Notes under the pieces: model-generated | What the model saw: only the letters and a program-made list of their open reading frames with translations | Database searches by the model: none | What the model was told of the DNA's origin: nothing | Assembly (NCBI GenBank): GCA_021817125.1 | Contig: JAKAWC010000002.1 | Coordinates: 3,589-67,588, forward strand | Source: Candidatus Micrarchaeota archaeon | Lineage (GTDB): Archaea; Micrarchaeota; Micrarchaeia; Micrarchaeales; CABMGC01 | DNA length: 64,000 nt | Direction of reading: 5' to 3' | Position numbers and translations under genes: made by a program | Shown here: positions 23,358 to 33,161 of the stretch, piece by piece | How positions within the stretch are numbered: position 1 is the stretch's first letter | How the letters are laid out: each line of letters begins with the position of its first letter

Positions 23358-25979
23358 CTACTTCTTGCTCTTAGGCTTAGCCTTGCCCTTCGCGCTCCCC
23401 TGCGTCTCTTCGTGCACCTTCTCGTCGTTCTCGCTGCCGGCCGCCTCCTCCTTCTCGGGAGTTTCGCCGTCTCGGTGCTCCGTAGGCGCGCCTTCCGCCT
23501 CGTTATCCCGTGCGACCCTAGCGTGGACCTCTCCCTGGCCCCTGATGACGTGCGGTCCCTCTCCGGTGCCCGTCCTTGGGTTCATGATGTTCGGCGTATT
23601 CGCTTCCGGACCTGTGCCCGTGTACTCATAACGCTTGCCCATGGTCTTGTTAAAGTCCGCGTCCGCCTTGGCCCCCAGTTCGATGCCCTTCTGCTTGAGC
23701 ATGCCGCCTCCAATTATACCCACTTTGTCCGCGGCATGACCGACTCCGATGGCTAAGTCCGCGGCAATCGTCTTAAAGACAGGTATGCTCATGCTGCCTG
23801 ACCTCCCTAGCTCCTCCCTCAGGTCCTCGGTTCCCTGGCCGGCGATTGCTTTCGCCGCCGCGGTAGCATATCTTATAGGGCTGCTTATGCCATAAGCGCT
23901 GTCGTGCAGCTTGCCGAAATCCTTGTTGAACTGCTTCTCTATCGCTGCCTGTTCCTTCTGTGCGGTCTTCAGGTCTTTCTCCAGCTGGCTCCTGTATGTC
24001 GCCGCTTCCGCAGTGGTCATATCTCTGACTCCCTTCGTGCCCAGGTCTCCGACCTGCGGCACAGTGCCCTCGCCAAGCTGTCTGAGCGAATCCTTAATCT
24101 GGGTCTCCCTGTCGTAAGCCGACTTCAGTCTCGTAGTCGTATCCTGCGTGAGCAGCTCGAATCTCTTCGCTATCTCGTCAAGATGTTTCTTCCTTTCCTC
24201 GAGAATATTCCTATCGGACTGCTGCCCTGCCTGTACATATGGGCTTACCTTCTCTGCCTGTTCCCTCTCTTTTGGCGCAGCCTTCGCCTCCTTACTGTAA
24301 TCATTCGCAAGCTGTTTGACGTTTTCTGCGCTCTTGGCTCTGGTGCGCTCCTTTCTTAGTTCTTTCGAAGCGCTTGCGACGGACGAAGTGCCATCGACAA
24401 TCTCCTGTGCGCGCTTTGCCGCCTCTCCCTTAAGACCCATGGAGGTGATTACGTCCTTCATATTCTTCCGGCCTGCTATAACATCCTCGGCAAGCGTCTT
24501 CGCCGTGCCAGTCAGTCCAGTGCTGCTTCCTAGTGTCTTTGCGGTACGGATCGCTTCCACATCCCTAAGGTCCTTCACGCTGCCGCCTACCCTGTCCTCA
24601 ACTCTCTTCGTGGCTTCATCCAGCTTCTGCTTAGCCTTGGCTACTGGTTCTAGCATACCTGGTCTCGTAAGGCTGTCTTTTAACTCATCGCTGGGCCTTG
24701 CAACCCGCTTCCCGCCAGGTTTCGAGGACTTGTTCTTATCGCCCGCTGTCACGTTCGTGACGCCCTCTGTCTCTATTCTCTTCCCCTGCCCTTCACGCAC
24801 CGGCCTGGTCGCCGGACCCGCGCTTCCCAGTAGTATATCGAGCCTCTTCCTCTCAGCCTCGAGCCTCAGTCCCGGTGTTCCGCTAATCGGCGACCCGCCT
24901 GCCACCTGTGAGTAGCCGATGACTTTGGTCCTTCTCCCGAAGACAGTCTTTTGTGTAACATCATGCACCGCGAACGTCTTGCCTTGCGCATCTTTAATCT
25001 CACGCGGCGCCCTCCTCTTCGCCTGGTTGGTCTGGTATCCTGCCCTCGCCTCCGCTCTGGCCTGTGCCCCTCCCTGATAACCCTTGAATGCGACCAATCC
25101 GGGGACAGCTAACATAAGTGCTGACCTAGGGCCGTACTTGATTCCGGCTTTGGCCCCCTTGATCGCCAGAGGTATCGGCGCAAAAGCCACCCTCTTGGCT
25201 ACGGTGCTTGCCCTGTTGGCTATCCGCCCGCGAAGCGTTCCCTGATCGAACCTTGTCACCGGAGTTGTCTTGTGCTCGGCCACCCTGTCGATTGCCACTC
25301 CGGCCCTGCTTCCCGCTCTCCCCACGGCCAGGCGTGCATTCCTCATCTTGACCCTCGCGTTCTGGAGGTTGAATGCGACCGCCCTGGTAGACCTTTTGAA
25401 TCCGCCGCCTGCACGGCTTGCCGATGGCAGGTTGCCAACGGGTGACCCCTTCCTCAGCTGCGTCGAGGTGACCTTGCCTACAGGGGCGAGCCCGCCGAAC
25501 TTGCCTCCGGGGGCTGCTCTAGGCGCCGGGATAGGCCTGCCCCTCATGCCGACACCTGTGCCGGCAGATCCGAGTACACCGGCAGGCCTCCCTGCCGCTC
25601 CCCTGATCCTCGACCATAAGACGTTCCTCTCCGCTCCCCTTCCGGCCTTTATGAGGCTCCTTCTCGGTGACAGCGACCTGAGCCCCCCTGACCTTGCCAG
25701 CTTTACGCCAGCGGCTATCTGCCCACCCGTCCTGGACAGCTGGAACGGTCCTGCCGTAGCTATCTTCCCGACGTTCTTCTTTGCGAGCGATCCCCTTCCG
25801 GCAGCGCTGCCGAACCCGGCAAGAGTGGCTATGCCGAACAGGTTGAAAAGGCTGTAGCCCCGCATCGATCCCGCGGCCGCGGCTACAAGGATGAAGATTA
25901 TGATGAGAGGGATGAGCGCGTCTATTGCTCCCAGTGAGAGAAGAATCGCAACGAGTGTAACTCCCACTATCAAAGGCAT
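23358..25979 (-). CDS. 873-aa membrane-anchored, hyper-basic, low-complexity/coiled-coil protein of unknown function
   Basis: The N-terminal ~60 aa form 2-3 TM helices. About 330 aa rich in R/G/A/K follow (e.g. RGAAGRPAGVLGSAGTGVGMRGRPIPAPRAAPGGKFGG). Next come K/E/A-rich coiled-coil-like segments, and the protein ends in a charged tail (...KGKAKPKSKK). No enzymatic motif was recognised. Confidence 0.7.
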   Translation of the reverse strand: MPLIVGVTLVAILLSLGAIDALIPLIIIFILVAAAAGSMRGYSLFNLFGIATLAGFGSAAGRGSLAKKNVGKIATAGPFQLSRTGGQIAAGVKLARSGGLRSLSPRRSLIKAGRGAERNVLWSRIRGAAGRPAGVLGSAGTGVGMRGRPIPAPRAAPGGKFGGLAPVGKVTSTQLRKGSPVGNLPSASRAGGGFKRSTRAVAFNLQNARVKMRNARLAVGRAGSRAGVAIDRVAEHKTTPVTRFDQGTLRGRIANRASTVAKRVAFAPIPLAIKGAKAGIKYGPRSALMLAVPGLVAFKGYQGGAQARAEARAGYQTNQAKRRAPREIKDAQGKTFAVHDVTQKTVFGRRTKVIGYSQVAGGSPISGTPGLRLEAERKRLDILLGSAGPATRPVREGQGKRIETEGVTNVTAGDKNKSSKPGGKRVARPSDELKDSLTRPGMLEPVAKAKQKLDEATKRVEDRVGGSVKDLRDVEAIRTAKTLGSSTGLTGTAKTLAEDVIAGRKNMKDVITSMGLKGEAAKRAQEIVDGTSSVASASKELRKERTRAKSAENVKQLANDYSKEAKAAPKEREQAEKVSPYVQAGQQSDRNILEERKKHLDEIAKRFELLTQDTTTRLKSAYDRETQIKDSLRQLGEGTVPQVGDLGTKGVRDMTTAEAATYRSQLEKDLKTAQKEQAAIEKQFNKDFGKLHDSAYGISSPIRYATAAAKAIAGQGTEDLREELGRSGSMSIPVFKTIAADLAIGVGHAADKVGIIGGGMLKQKGIELGAKADADFNKTMGKRYEYTGTGPEANTPNIMNPRTGTGEGPHVIRGQGEVHARVARDNEAEGAPTEHRDGETPEKEEAAGSENDEKVHEETQGSAKGKAKPKSKK

Positions 25980-26090
25980 CTATATCGCCCCCTATTCCTA
26001 ATTAAAGATATGGCGTTCCACCTATAAATAGGTATGCATGAATACGTCGAGCTATAGAGGTCAATCCGGAAAGAGGCTATAAATAAGGCA

Positions 26091-29000
26091 TTAATGTGTC
26101 CTATGTGCCCTGCGTCTCTTCCTTCCTGCAGTGAACAGCAGCACCGCAGCGACAGCGGCTATCGCCGCAAGCCCTGCCGCGTCTATGTTTCCGTATCCAA
26201 GTTCGAGCAGGCCTATAGGCGTGCTCAGCGTCGACATGTTGGGTGACCAGGTGTAGTTGACCGCTATGAACTTGTCCGACGCGCCGGAATAGAACGGGTC
26301 TGCCGCGTCGACAAGCGGCGCCTGGCTGACGAGTATCGGCTGCGGAGAGGGCGATCCGTAGTATTCCGCGGTTATCAACGCGGTCCCTATGCCGCATGCG
26401 ACTACGTTCGTGGAGAAGACGCCGTCACTGCTCGTCTTGGCTATGCCTATCAGTCCAATCTGCGGCGTGCATATCCCCGTGCCGTTGCTGTACAGCGGCT
26501 CGCAGAACCAGTTCACCGAGCCTCCGGCCGTGGGGAAGCCCTGCGTGGGCACGCTGCCCGAATTGGGTTGGAACGCCTGCGTGTTGCATTCTGCCCAGAG
26601 CCCGTCGACCGCCTTAGTGACGCCGTAGATATTGCAGTCAGCCGTGGTCGGGCTGAAGAGGCTTTTCGGCGGCGCCATGCAGGTGTCCGGTGTCGCGCCC
26701 GAGTTGAAGAGCGAGTTGTATGCGGTGTTATACTCCACAACGGCGTTATTCGGCTGGAGGTTGCCGGCGTATCCCGGATAACCCCGCCAGACCGGGTTGG
26801 ACTTCGTGCAGTTGACCGGTATGGAGCAGCTCTTGTCTGCCGCACATGCACTCGGGCTTCCGCCGAAAGCGCAGAACTGCGCGTTGGTTATGTTCGCCGG
26901 TATCGGCTGCGCGACGAAGTTCATATCGGTGCCATAGTAAAGGTAGACGTCCCCGTTCGGGAGCGGCGAGAACTTGGTTCCGAAGTCAGACTTGTAGCCC
27001 ACTGTCCCGTCTATGTGGACTGTCGTCTGGTTGGCATTGCTCTCCTGGACGGACGGCTGGACAGTGAGCTGGATCGACGTTATGTTCGCGAGATCCGCGT
27101 CGAGCGGTGCGTATATGGTGTTGTTGAACCTGTCGTTGAATACATATACGAGCCTCTGGTAGCCTAGGGTGTTGGACGTACCTGTGAAGCCGTGGTTGGC
27201 GGGGTTTGCAGTGTTGTACTGGTCCCCGTTGATGAACATGTCCAGGGGGCTGTTGTATATCGTCTCCTTATAGAGGTCGAAGAGGCTGACAAATCCCGGA
27301 AACAGCGCCTGCCATGTCTGCTGGTCTGTCGCGCTTATCTGCCCGTCCCCTATCCCGTTGTTGGCTATAGACGAGGGATATGTCTGGACCACCTGGGCGC
27401 TTACCGATGGGTAAAGGAACAGGTTTGGGTTTCCTGACATGCTCATGCCCGAGATGTTGTAGAAGTTCATTGCCCCTTCAGGTATGGGCACGCCTGCCGT
27501 AGCCGACGTGATCGAGTACACGAGCGAGGTCGGCGCACCGGGCTGCGCATACGCAAGAGGCCCGTTCGAGTACGTCTCCACAGTGTTGCCCGTGACCGTG
27601 AGCACGAGCGGATCGCTCGGCGAGATCCAGGCTGTGTCTCCCTGGAGTATGACATTGACCGTGCCCTGCGCCATCTCGTCTATGGCGCGCTGCGACGGCA
27701 GGAATGTTGTGGACAGGTAGAGCGACGTGAATGCGCTCTCGAAGCCGTTGCCGTTCGGCTGCACTATATACGGTCCAGGTATGGCGCTCGGCGCAATGGT
27801 CTGTGGGAGTATGGGATTCGAGTTGATGTTCTCATAGCCGGGGTTCGCCCCCTGCTTGTATGTGTTGACCTGGTACGTGAACAGCTTTGTGGCGTTGATT
27901 ATGTTCTGCAGGTTCGTCGACGCGCCTGCCGTAAGATTGACATATGCCTCCCCGAGCAACCTGTCGTTCTGTAGGTTGAGCGCTATCTGCGGAGGTATTA
28001 TCGTGCCGAGGTCGGAGATGTTTGCGATGTAGTAGTTAGGCGTGCCGGAGTACTGCAGGTACGTGTCCCCTCCCTCTATTATCGAGGTGAGCCAGTTCGA
28101 GGCGCCGTTCACAATCTGGGAGGTGTAGACCGTCGTAGGCCCGACCTGCTGCAGGTTTGGTGCGGAGCAACTTCCAGGCGAGGACCTGAGGTTGCTCGCA
28201 GTCTGCGTTATCCTGTAGGTGTAGGAGTACGGAATCACTGCGTACCCGCTGACCCTGGCGGAGAGTGTCTCCGGTTGGCCAATGAGGCTTGGCACCGACG
28301 GCGTGGTTATGCCTGTGGCGTTGCTGTAGATTATGTTCGCTATGCCGTTGTATCCTCCGTTGGCGTTCTGTACGCATCCCGTGGAGTTGGTCACGTTGAT
28401 GTCCTGGCACGATGCGTTGACCGAGAAGCTACCGCCTCCAGGATAGCTGGATGAGAAGTATCCCGCAGCCGTGAGCAGCTGTGGGCTGCCCAGGTTCTCT
28501 GCATAAGTGAACGGATCGGATACCGTATAAGCTGGTCCCTCCATGTTGTCCACGGTGGAGAGGTAGTTGCAGGTGGACAACGGGTCTGCGCCTGATGCGG
28601 GGTTGCCGTTGCCCGGCAACGCGTAGGCGCCTGCAGAAGTGTAGCACTGGTACTGCGGAAGGCCGCCGAACTGCTTCGTGTAGTTCTCCAGGGCGTACTT
28701 CGTTATCGCGAAAGTGTCCCACAGGTTGGCGTTCTGCTGTATCTGGTAGCTCCATGTGTCGCTGGAGCCCGGATAGTTGATTATGGGCAGCGATGGGACG
28801 TTCGGCATGAGTATGTCTATGGAGCCGTTGAAGCTGACGCCAAGCGAGACCCCGAAGTAGAGCGGCGTGTAGCCCGCTGCTCCAAGTCCGGCTCCGAACC
28901 AGGCGCCGTTGTTGCATGTGCCCTGCGTTGCTCCTGAAGGATTTGTATTGACCCACGGACCGAGAGCCTGTATCGTTGGCCCGATCGGATAGAATGCCCC

Positions 29001-32000
29001 CGTGTACTTGGCTGCTCCGTTTGTGAGGTCCGCCTTGTCGAGGCATGTGGTCGAGCTTCCGGAGCAGAAGTTTATCGATGAGTAATCGCCCCCTGTCCAG
29101 CCGTTGCCGCTGCTGTCGGTGTAGGGTCCGCAGCTCGTGCCGCACCCCCGGAAGTTGCCTATCTCGCCGTAAGGCGGGTTGTTGGCAGAGCAGCTCGGGT
29201 TGAAGTTGGTCAGCCCCCAGCCCCGCGTGGTCTCAAGCTGGTAGATTCCATCTCCGGGCAAGCAGCCGAAGCCAAGGTTTCCTGCGGCGTTGTTGCCGCT
29301 GCATATTATCGTCACGTTCGCAGCCAGGGGCCAGCCGTACGGCGGGTATACCCCGCCGGGTGTCGGCGAATTTGTGCCTATATCATCGTAGCCCGTAGGG
29401 TTTATCTGCAGGTCTGTGCCGTTCGAGGTGAGCGCCCTGAGCTCGAGTGCGCTGAACCAGACTCCCTGCGTATAAGTGGCTTGCCCTCCTGCGCCCCCGC
29501 CCTGGCTGGGGTCCTGTACGTTGAAGTCGCTTGGCGCCCAGTTGTCGAGAACGTAGAGGTAGCCATTCACATCCGTCAGGCCCAGGGGGTGGTGGTAGCC
29601 TGGGGTGTCCTGCCATAATGTCGTCGATATGCCAGAGCCCTGCAGCGCGCTGACTATGTCGAGGCCAAAGTGATAGAGCCCGCTGTTTTGGAGATACGAT
29701 GTGATGTTTACCGGCGGCGCGACCGAGCTGCTGTATCCGGCAATCTGCTGGCGGTAGGTCAGGTCCACGCTGCCGCCAGAAGTGAGGTTCTTGCCGAACA
29801 TGGTGTAAATAAATCCGGTCTGCGCGCTGGACAGGTAGTCCGTCTGGTTGGCCAGGAAGACAAGGGAGCCGTCCGGAGACGACGTTATCTCCGTGGTGAC
29901 AGGCATGTTGAAGCTTGTGCTTGTGGTGTTCGACCAGAGCCACGTGGTGTTCGCTGCTAGCGTAGGGTTGCCGCTTATCGTGTTGGACACCTTCACCACT
30001 CCGGGGAACGTCTCGGTGGTGCAGCTGGACGGGTTCACGCCCTGCACCGCTCCGGTTATGAAGACGTCTCCGCTGTTGTCCGCAGTTATGTTGAGCGGCG
30101 TAAATGCCGGGGAGTTCGGCGACGTCTGACTGTTCCCCTGCTGGTTCGTGACGCTCCCGCCGCATGCCACCTGCATCATGTGGTTCGCGTGGTTGTAGAG
30201 CGTGTTCTCATAGCTCGCCATCACCCCCTGCGCCCCGGAACCGCTGTTCCCCGGGCCGAGGAGGATGGACCTGGCGACGTAGACCTCCTGGTCTTGCAGA
30301 TTTATCAGGTTGTTGAAGTAACTCTGCCAGTTGCCGTTCCACTGCGCCTGGGAGGTGCAGGATGTGCCGCTGCAGATCGTGCCAGGCTGGTAGCCTGAGG
30401 CGTTGTACTGTCCATGGGGGACGACGCGGAGTATGGTTAGGTAGTAGTAGTTGCCGCCGCTCATGTTGAGGACGAAGATGTAGTCGTTTGATATGGCCGC
30501 GACAGATATCGGGCCTGGGATGTTGGGGTTTACCCAGCCAGGCGTGCCTGCGTTGTTGCCCAGTATGGAGCCAGGGTCCTGCGGCCCGTTGTTGTGGCTG
30601 CATCCCCCGTTGCTGTCTGGCAGGCAGTAGAAAGGCGCGCCCTCGAGCGAGCCCAGGTCGGCGCTCTGCAGCGAGTTGTTGACGTTGACGAAGAGCTTGC
30701 TCGGAAGGTCTATCGGGTACGGGTCTATCGACTGCGAAGGTGTATTGTAGTTCCACGGGCCGAAGAGGTCGTAAGAGTTGTTGAGCGATGCACCGTAAGG
30801 CCCTGGCAGCGAGTAGTTGAGCGTGAAGTATGGTAGGATGTTGGCGTCGAACGTGTTGAACTTGTTGCCCTGCCCGTCGACCACTTCGTTGAATGGTATG
30901 TAACTGTTGTCGACTCCGCTAACCATCGTATTTATGGTGTCGGCGAAAGTGTACGAGCAGCTTGAGGTCGGGTCCGTATACGATACTACGGGTATGTACG
31001 CCTGGGAAGGCACTGTCTGCCGCAGGTCCGCGAACTCCGCGCTCCATGACCATATATCGTGTTGCGCTATCGACGGTATGCCGAAGAAGATGTAGCTCTG
31101 GGTGTGGAAGTTGTTGGCTATCTCGCCGTCAACGCTCGGCGTGAAGGAGATCTCGTTGATCGTGAGCGCGCCGATGTTGCTTATCCCAAAGCTGGGCAGC
31201 GAGACCTGGGGGGAGCTCACTCCATTCCATGATACCTCTGTCTGGTAGTGAATCTGGGAGTCGAGGCTAGACACAGACGACATGCACTGGTCCCCTGCAG
31301 CGTAGGTCGGGGTGGCAGCTCCCGGGTATATATCCGACTGGTCTCTCGGATTCATCACAGGCGCATTCGGCGCAGTGAGGAACCAAGGTGCGTTGGCTAT
31401 GTTGTTATTGTTCACCTGCTCTGCGGGAGAATATGCGTAGCCCGGCGTCGAGCCAGTATATGTGAGCTGGCACCCTGCAGGGTTGTAGCTTGTCACCGTG
31501 CCGAGTCCTGTGTCGAAGATGCACACCGTGGTGCCGCCTATGGAGTTGCATGGCAGCGCCTCTGTCTGATAGTTAACGATGAAGTTGGCCGTGGCGCCAG
31601 AGGACCAGCCGCCCGGAAAGTCTGTCGTCAGCGTGCCGCTGGACAGGCAGCTGCCGCCGGTGCAGCTGAATACAGGGGACTCCTGGTAAAGTTCGTTTAT
31701 CGTGTAAGTGTAGTACGGGGCAGGGACCGACTGGAAAAACATTGGGCTATTGTATGCGAACTGGACGTTCTCGTCGTTCGCCACGAGGAATGTTGCCTGA
31801 CCGCTAGCCACCTGAGAGGCGGTCCACGTCTGGTTATGCGAGCCGACCGTGACCGTGAGCATATTTGCGTTTGCAAGGTTTGAATTGAGCGAGTTGGCTC
31901 CGTTATCGACCACATAGCCGAACTGGAGCGGGTAGATGCCCAGCGCAGTCTCTTGCACCTGCCCGTTTGCGCCACCAGACCCGCCAGGGCAGTTGTAGGT

Positions 32001-33104
32001 GTTGCTGCTGCAGCTGCATCCGCCAAGGCCGAGGTTGCATGTGGTGTAGGTGCCGCTTCCGGCGTAGACGCCCCCTCCAGAGGAATGCGCCCAGCCAGGG
32101 TTTGAGCCTATGCTGTTGAGCACCGCCGACGTCGCGGTGATGGATATTACTCCTCCTCCCCCGCCTCCGCCGTCAACGCAGCCGATAGGAGCCTCGGAGC
32201 CGCAAAGGCTCGTGGACCCGTGGTGCCAGAATGTGCCCTCCCCGCCGCTGCCTCCGATTGCAGCGATATATCCGCCAGGGGCGCCGTTGAACACGGCGTT
32301 TCTAGGATTTGGCGTCACCACCGTTATGTTTATACTTCCTCCTCCGCCTCCGCCTCCGGCAGCCGCGCCGTTGCATCCTGTGGTCGCCCCCTGGCCATCG
32401 TTGCCGTTCGCGGTTATCGGCCCGTTGTTGTAAAAGTTAAGCGCAGTGATGGATACCGCCCCTCCTCCAGCCCCGCCCCCGCATGAGAGCGAGAAGCTTG
32501 GACAGACCGTTCCCGAAGAACTCGCATAGCCCGCGCCTCCGCCTCCGGAGTATGCACCGCCGCCCATGGAGCCTGTCGATATGCAGAAGCCTGAACCTAT
32601 ACCAGATCCACCCCCGCCGCATCCGCTGTTTCCGCCCCAGCTGCACGTAAGGTCGCTTCCCGAGAACCCGCCATTGTTATTGTTGCCCGCCTGCCCGCCG
32701 CCTATCTCCACGTTGGGTCCGTTGCCTCCGTTCCCTCCGTTGCCGCTGCCCGCTCCGCCGCTGCCGCTTCCGCCCTCCCAGCCCCCGGTCCCGGTCGCGG
32801 ATATAGTGCCGCCGTTGGTGAACGTGTCAAGCGCGGTCATCGAGTAACAGTTGCTGTCCTTTCCTGCGCATGTGTAGACCGTGTAGCCCGAAGGTATGTT
32901 TATGTCGTCGTAACAGATGCTGCTCGAGAGCGTATACGAAGCGCTGGGCGGGGTCCAGGTGCCCGGCGTGTATGTCACGCCGCTCGGGCACGATACCACA
33001 GGAAATGTCATCGGGTTCTGATGGATGATTGTGGCCGATGCTGATGCGATAGAACACAGACAGAGGACTCCGAGAGCGAGAAGGATAGTTTGTAGCCTCT
33101 GCAT
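26091..33104 (-). CDS. 2,337-aa secreted giant surface protein (adhesin or S-layer-associated) with a Gly/Cys-rich N-terminal module and a C-terminal TM anchor
   Basis: Signal peptide MQRLQTILLALGVLCLCSIASASA. Residues ~100-380 carry poly-Gly runs with the repeat GGGGGG(S/V)I.IT. The long S/T/N/G/Y-rich body has very many N-x-S/T sequons. The C-terminus is AAGLAAIAAVAAVLLFTAGRKRRRAHRTH. A TATA-like tatataaata lies 48-57 nt upstream. Confidence 0.85.
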   Translation of the reverse strand: MQRLQTILLALGVLCLCSIASASATIIHQNPMTFPVVSCPSGVTYTPGTWTPPSASYTLSSSICYDDINIPSGYTVYTCAGKDSNCYSMTALDTFTNGGTISATGTGGWEGGSGSGGAGSGNGGNGGNGPNVEIGGGQAGNNNNGGFSGSDLTCSWGGNSGCGGGGSGIGSGFCISTGSMGGGAYSGGGGAGYASSSGTVCPSFSLSCGGGAGGGAVSITALNFYNNGPITANGNDGQGATTGCNGAAAGGGGGGGSINITVVTPNPRNAVFNGAPGGYIAAIGGSGGEGTFWHHGSTSLCGSEAPIGCVDGGGGGGGVISITATSAVLNSIGSNPGWAHSSGGGVYAGSGTYTTCNLGLGGCSCSSNTYNCPGGSGGANGQVQETALGIYPLQFGYVVDNGANSLNSNLANANMLTVTVGSHNQTWTASQVASGQATFLVANDENVQFAYNSPMFFQSVPAPYYTYTINELYQESPVFSCTGGSCLSSGTLTTDFPGGWSSGATANFIVNYQTEALPCNSIGGTTVCIFDTGLGTVTSYNPAGCQLTYTGSTPGYAYSPAEQVNNNNIANAPWFLTAPNAPVMNPRDQSDIYPGAATPTYAAGDQCMSSVSSLDSQIHYQTEVSWNGVSSPQVSLPSFGISNIGALTINEISFTPSVDGEIANNFHTQSYIFFGIPSIAQHDIWSWSAEFADLRQTVPSQAYIPVVSYTDPTSSCSYTFADTINTMVSGVDNSYIPFNEVVDGQGNKFNTFDANILPYFTLNYSLPGPYGASLNNSYDLFGPWNYNTPSQSIDPYPIDLPSKLFVNVNNSLQSADLGSLEGAPFYCLPDSNGGCSHNNGPQDPGSILGNNAGTPGWVNPNIPGPISVAAISNDYIFVLNMSGGNYYYLTILRVVPHGQYNASGYQPGTICSGTSCTSQAQWNGNWQSYFNNLINLQDQEVYVARSILLGPGNSGSGAQGVMASYENTLYNHANHMMQVACGGSVTNQQGNSQTSPNSPAFTPLNITADNSGDVFITGAVQGVNPSSCTTETFPGVVKVSNTISGNPTLAANTTWLWSNTTSTSFNMPVTTEITSSPDGSLVFLANQTDYLSSAQTGFIYTMFGKNLTSGGSVDLTYRQQIAGYSSSVAPPVNITSYLQNSGLYHFGLDIVSALQGSGISTTLWQDTPGYHHPLGLTDVNGYLYVLDNWAPSDFNVQDPSQGGGAGGQATYTQGVWFSALELRALTSNGTDLQINPTGYDDIGTNSPTPGGVYPPYGWPLAANVTIICSGNNAAGNLGFGCLPGDGIYQLETTRGWGLTNFNPSCSANNPPYGEIGNFRGCGTSCGPYTDSSGNGWTGGDYSSINFCSGSSTTCLDKADLTNGAAKYTGAFYPIGPTIQALGPWVNTNPSGATQGTCNNGAWFGAGLGAAGYTPLYFGVSLGVSFNGSIDILMPNVPSLPIINYPGSSDTWSYQIQQNANLWDTFAITKYALENYTKQFGGLPQYQCYTSAGAYALPGNGNPASGADPLSTCNYLSTVDNMEGPAYTVSDPFTYAENLGSPQLLTAAGYFSSSYPGGGSFSVNASCQDINVTNSTGCVQNANGGYNGIANIIYSNATGITTPSVPSLIGQPETLSARVSGYAVIPYSYTYRITQTASNLRSSPGSCSAPNLQQVGPTTVYTSQIVNGASNWLTSIIEGGDTYLQYSGTPNYYIANISDLGTIIPPQIALNLQNDRLLGEAYVNLTAGASTNLQNIINATKLFTYQVNTYKQGANPGYENINSNPILPQTIAPSAIPGPYIVQPNGNGFESAFTSLYLSTTFLPSQRAIDEMAQGTVNVILQGDTAWISPSDPLVLTVTGNTVETYSNGPLAYAQPGAPTSLVYSITSATAGVPIPEGAMNFYNISGMSMSGNPNLFLYPSVSAQVVQTYPSSIANNGIGDGQISATDQQTWQALFPGFVSLFDLYKETIYNSPLDMFINGDQYNTANPANHGFTGTSNTLGYQRLVYVFNDRFNNTIYAPLDADLANITSIQLTVQPSVQESNANQTTVHIDGTVGYKSDFGTKFSPLPNGDVYLYYGTDMNFVAQPIPANITNAQFCAFGGSPSACAADKSCSIPVNCTKSNPVWRGYPGYAGNLQPNNAVVEYNTAYNSLFNSGATPDTCMAPPKSLFSPTTADCNIYGVTKAVDGLWAECNTQAFQPNSGSVPTQGFPTAGGSVNWFCEPLYSNGTGICTPQIGLIGIAKTSSDGVFSTNVVACGIGTALITAEYYGSPSPQPILVSQAPLVDAADPFYSGASDKFIAVNYTWSPNMSTLSTPIGLLELGYGNIDAAGLAAIAAVAAVLLFTAGRKRRRAHRTH

Positions 33105-33161
33105 GATTCTGCCTCGAGTAACACCCGCAGATAGCTATTATGTTACTTACGTATATAAATA

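Noticed and set aside
26091-26200. PGF-CTERM / archaeosortase sorting signal at the C-terminus of the giant protein
   Set aside because: The C-terminus has a TM helix and a basic tail but no PGF (or similar) tripeptide preceded by a Thr/Ser-rich linker. It is treated as a plain TM anchor.
23358-33104. Diversity-generating retroelement targeting the giant surface protein
   Set aside because: There is no reverse transcriptase ORF anywhere in the window, and I noticed no template/variable repeat pair.
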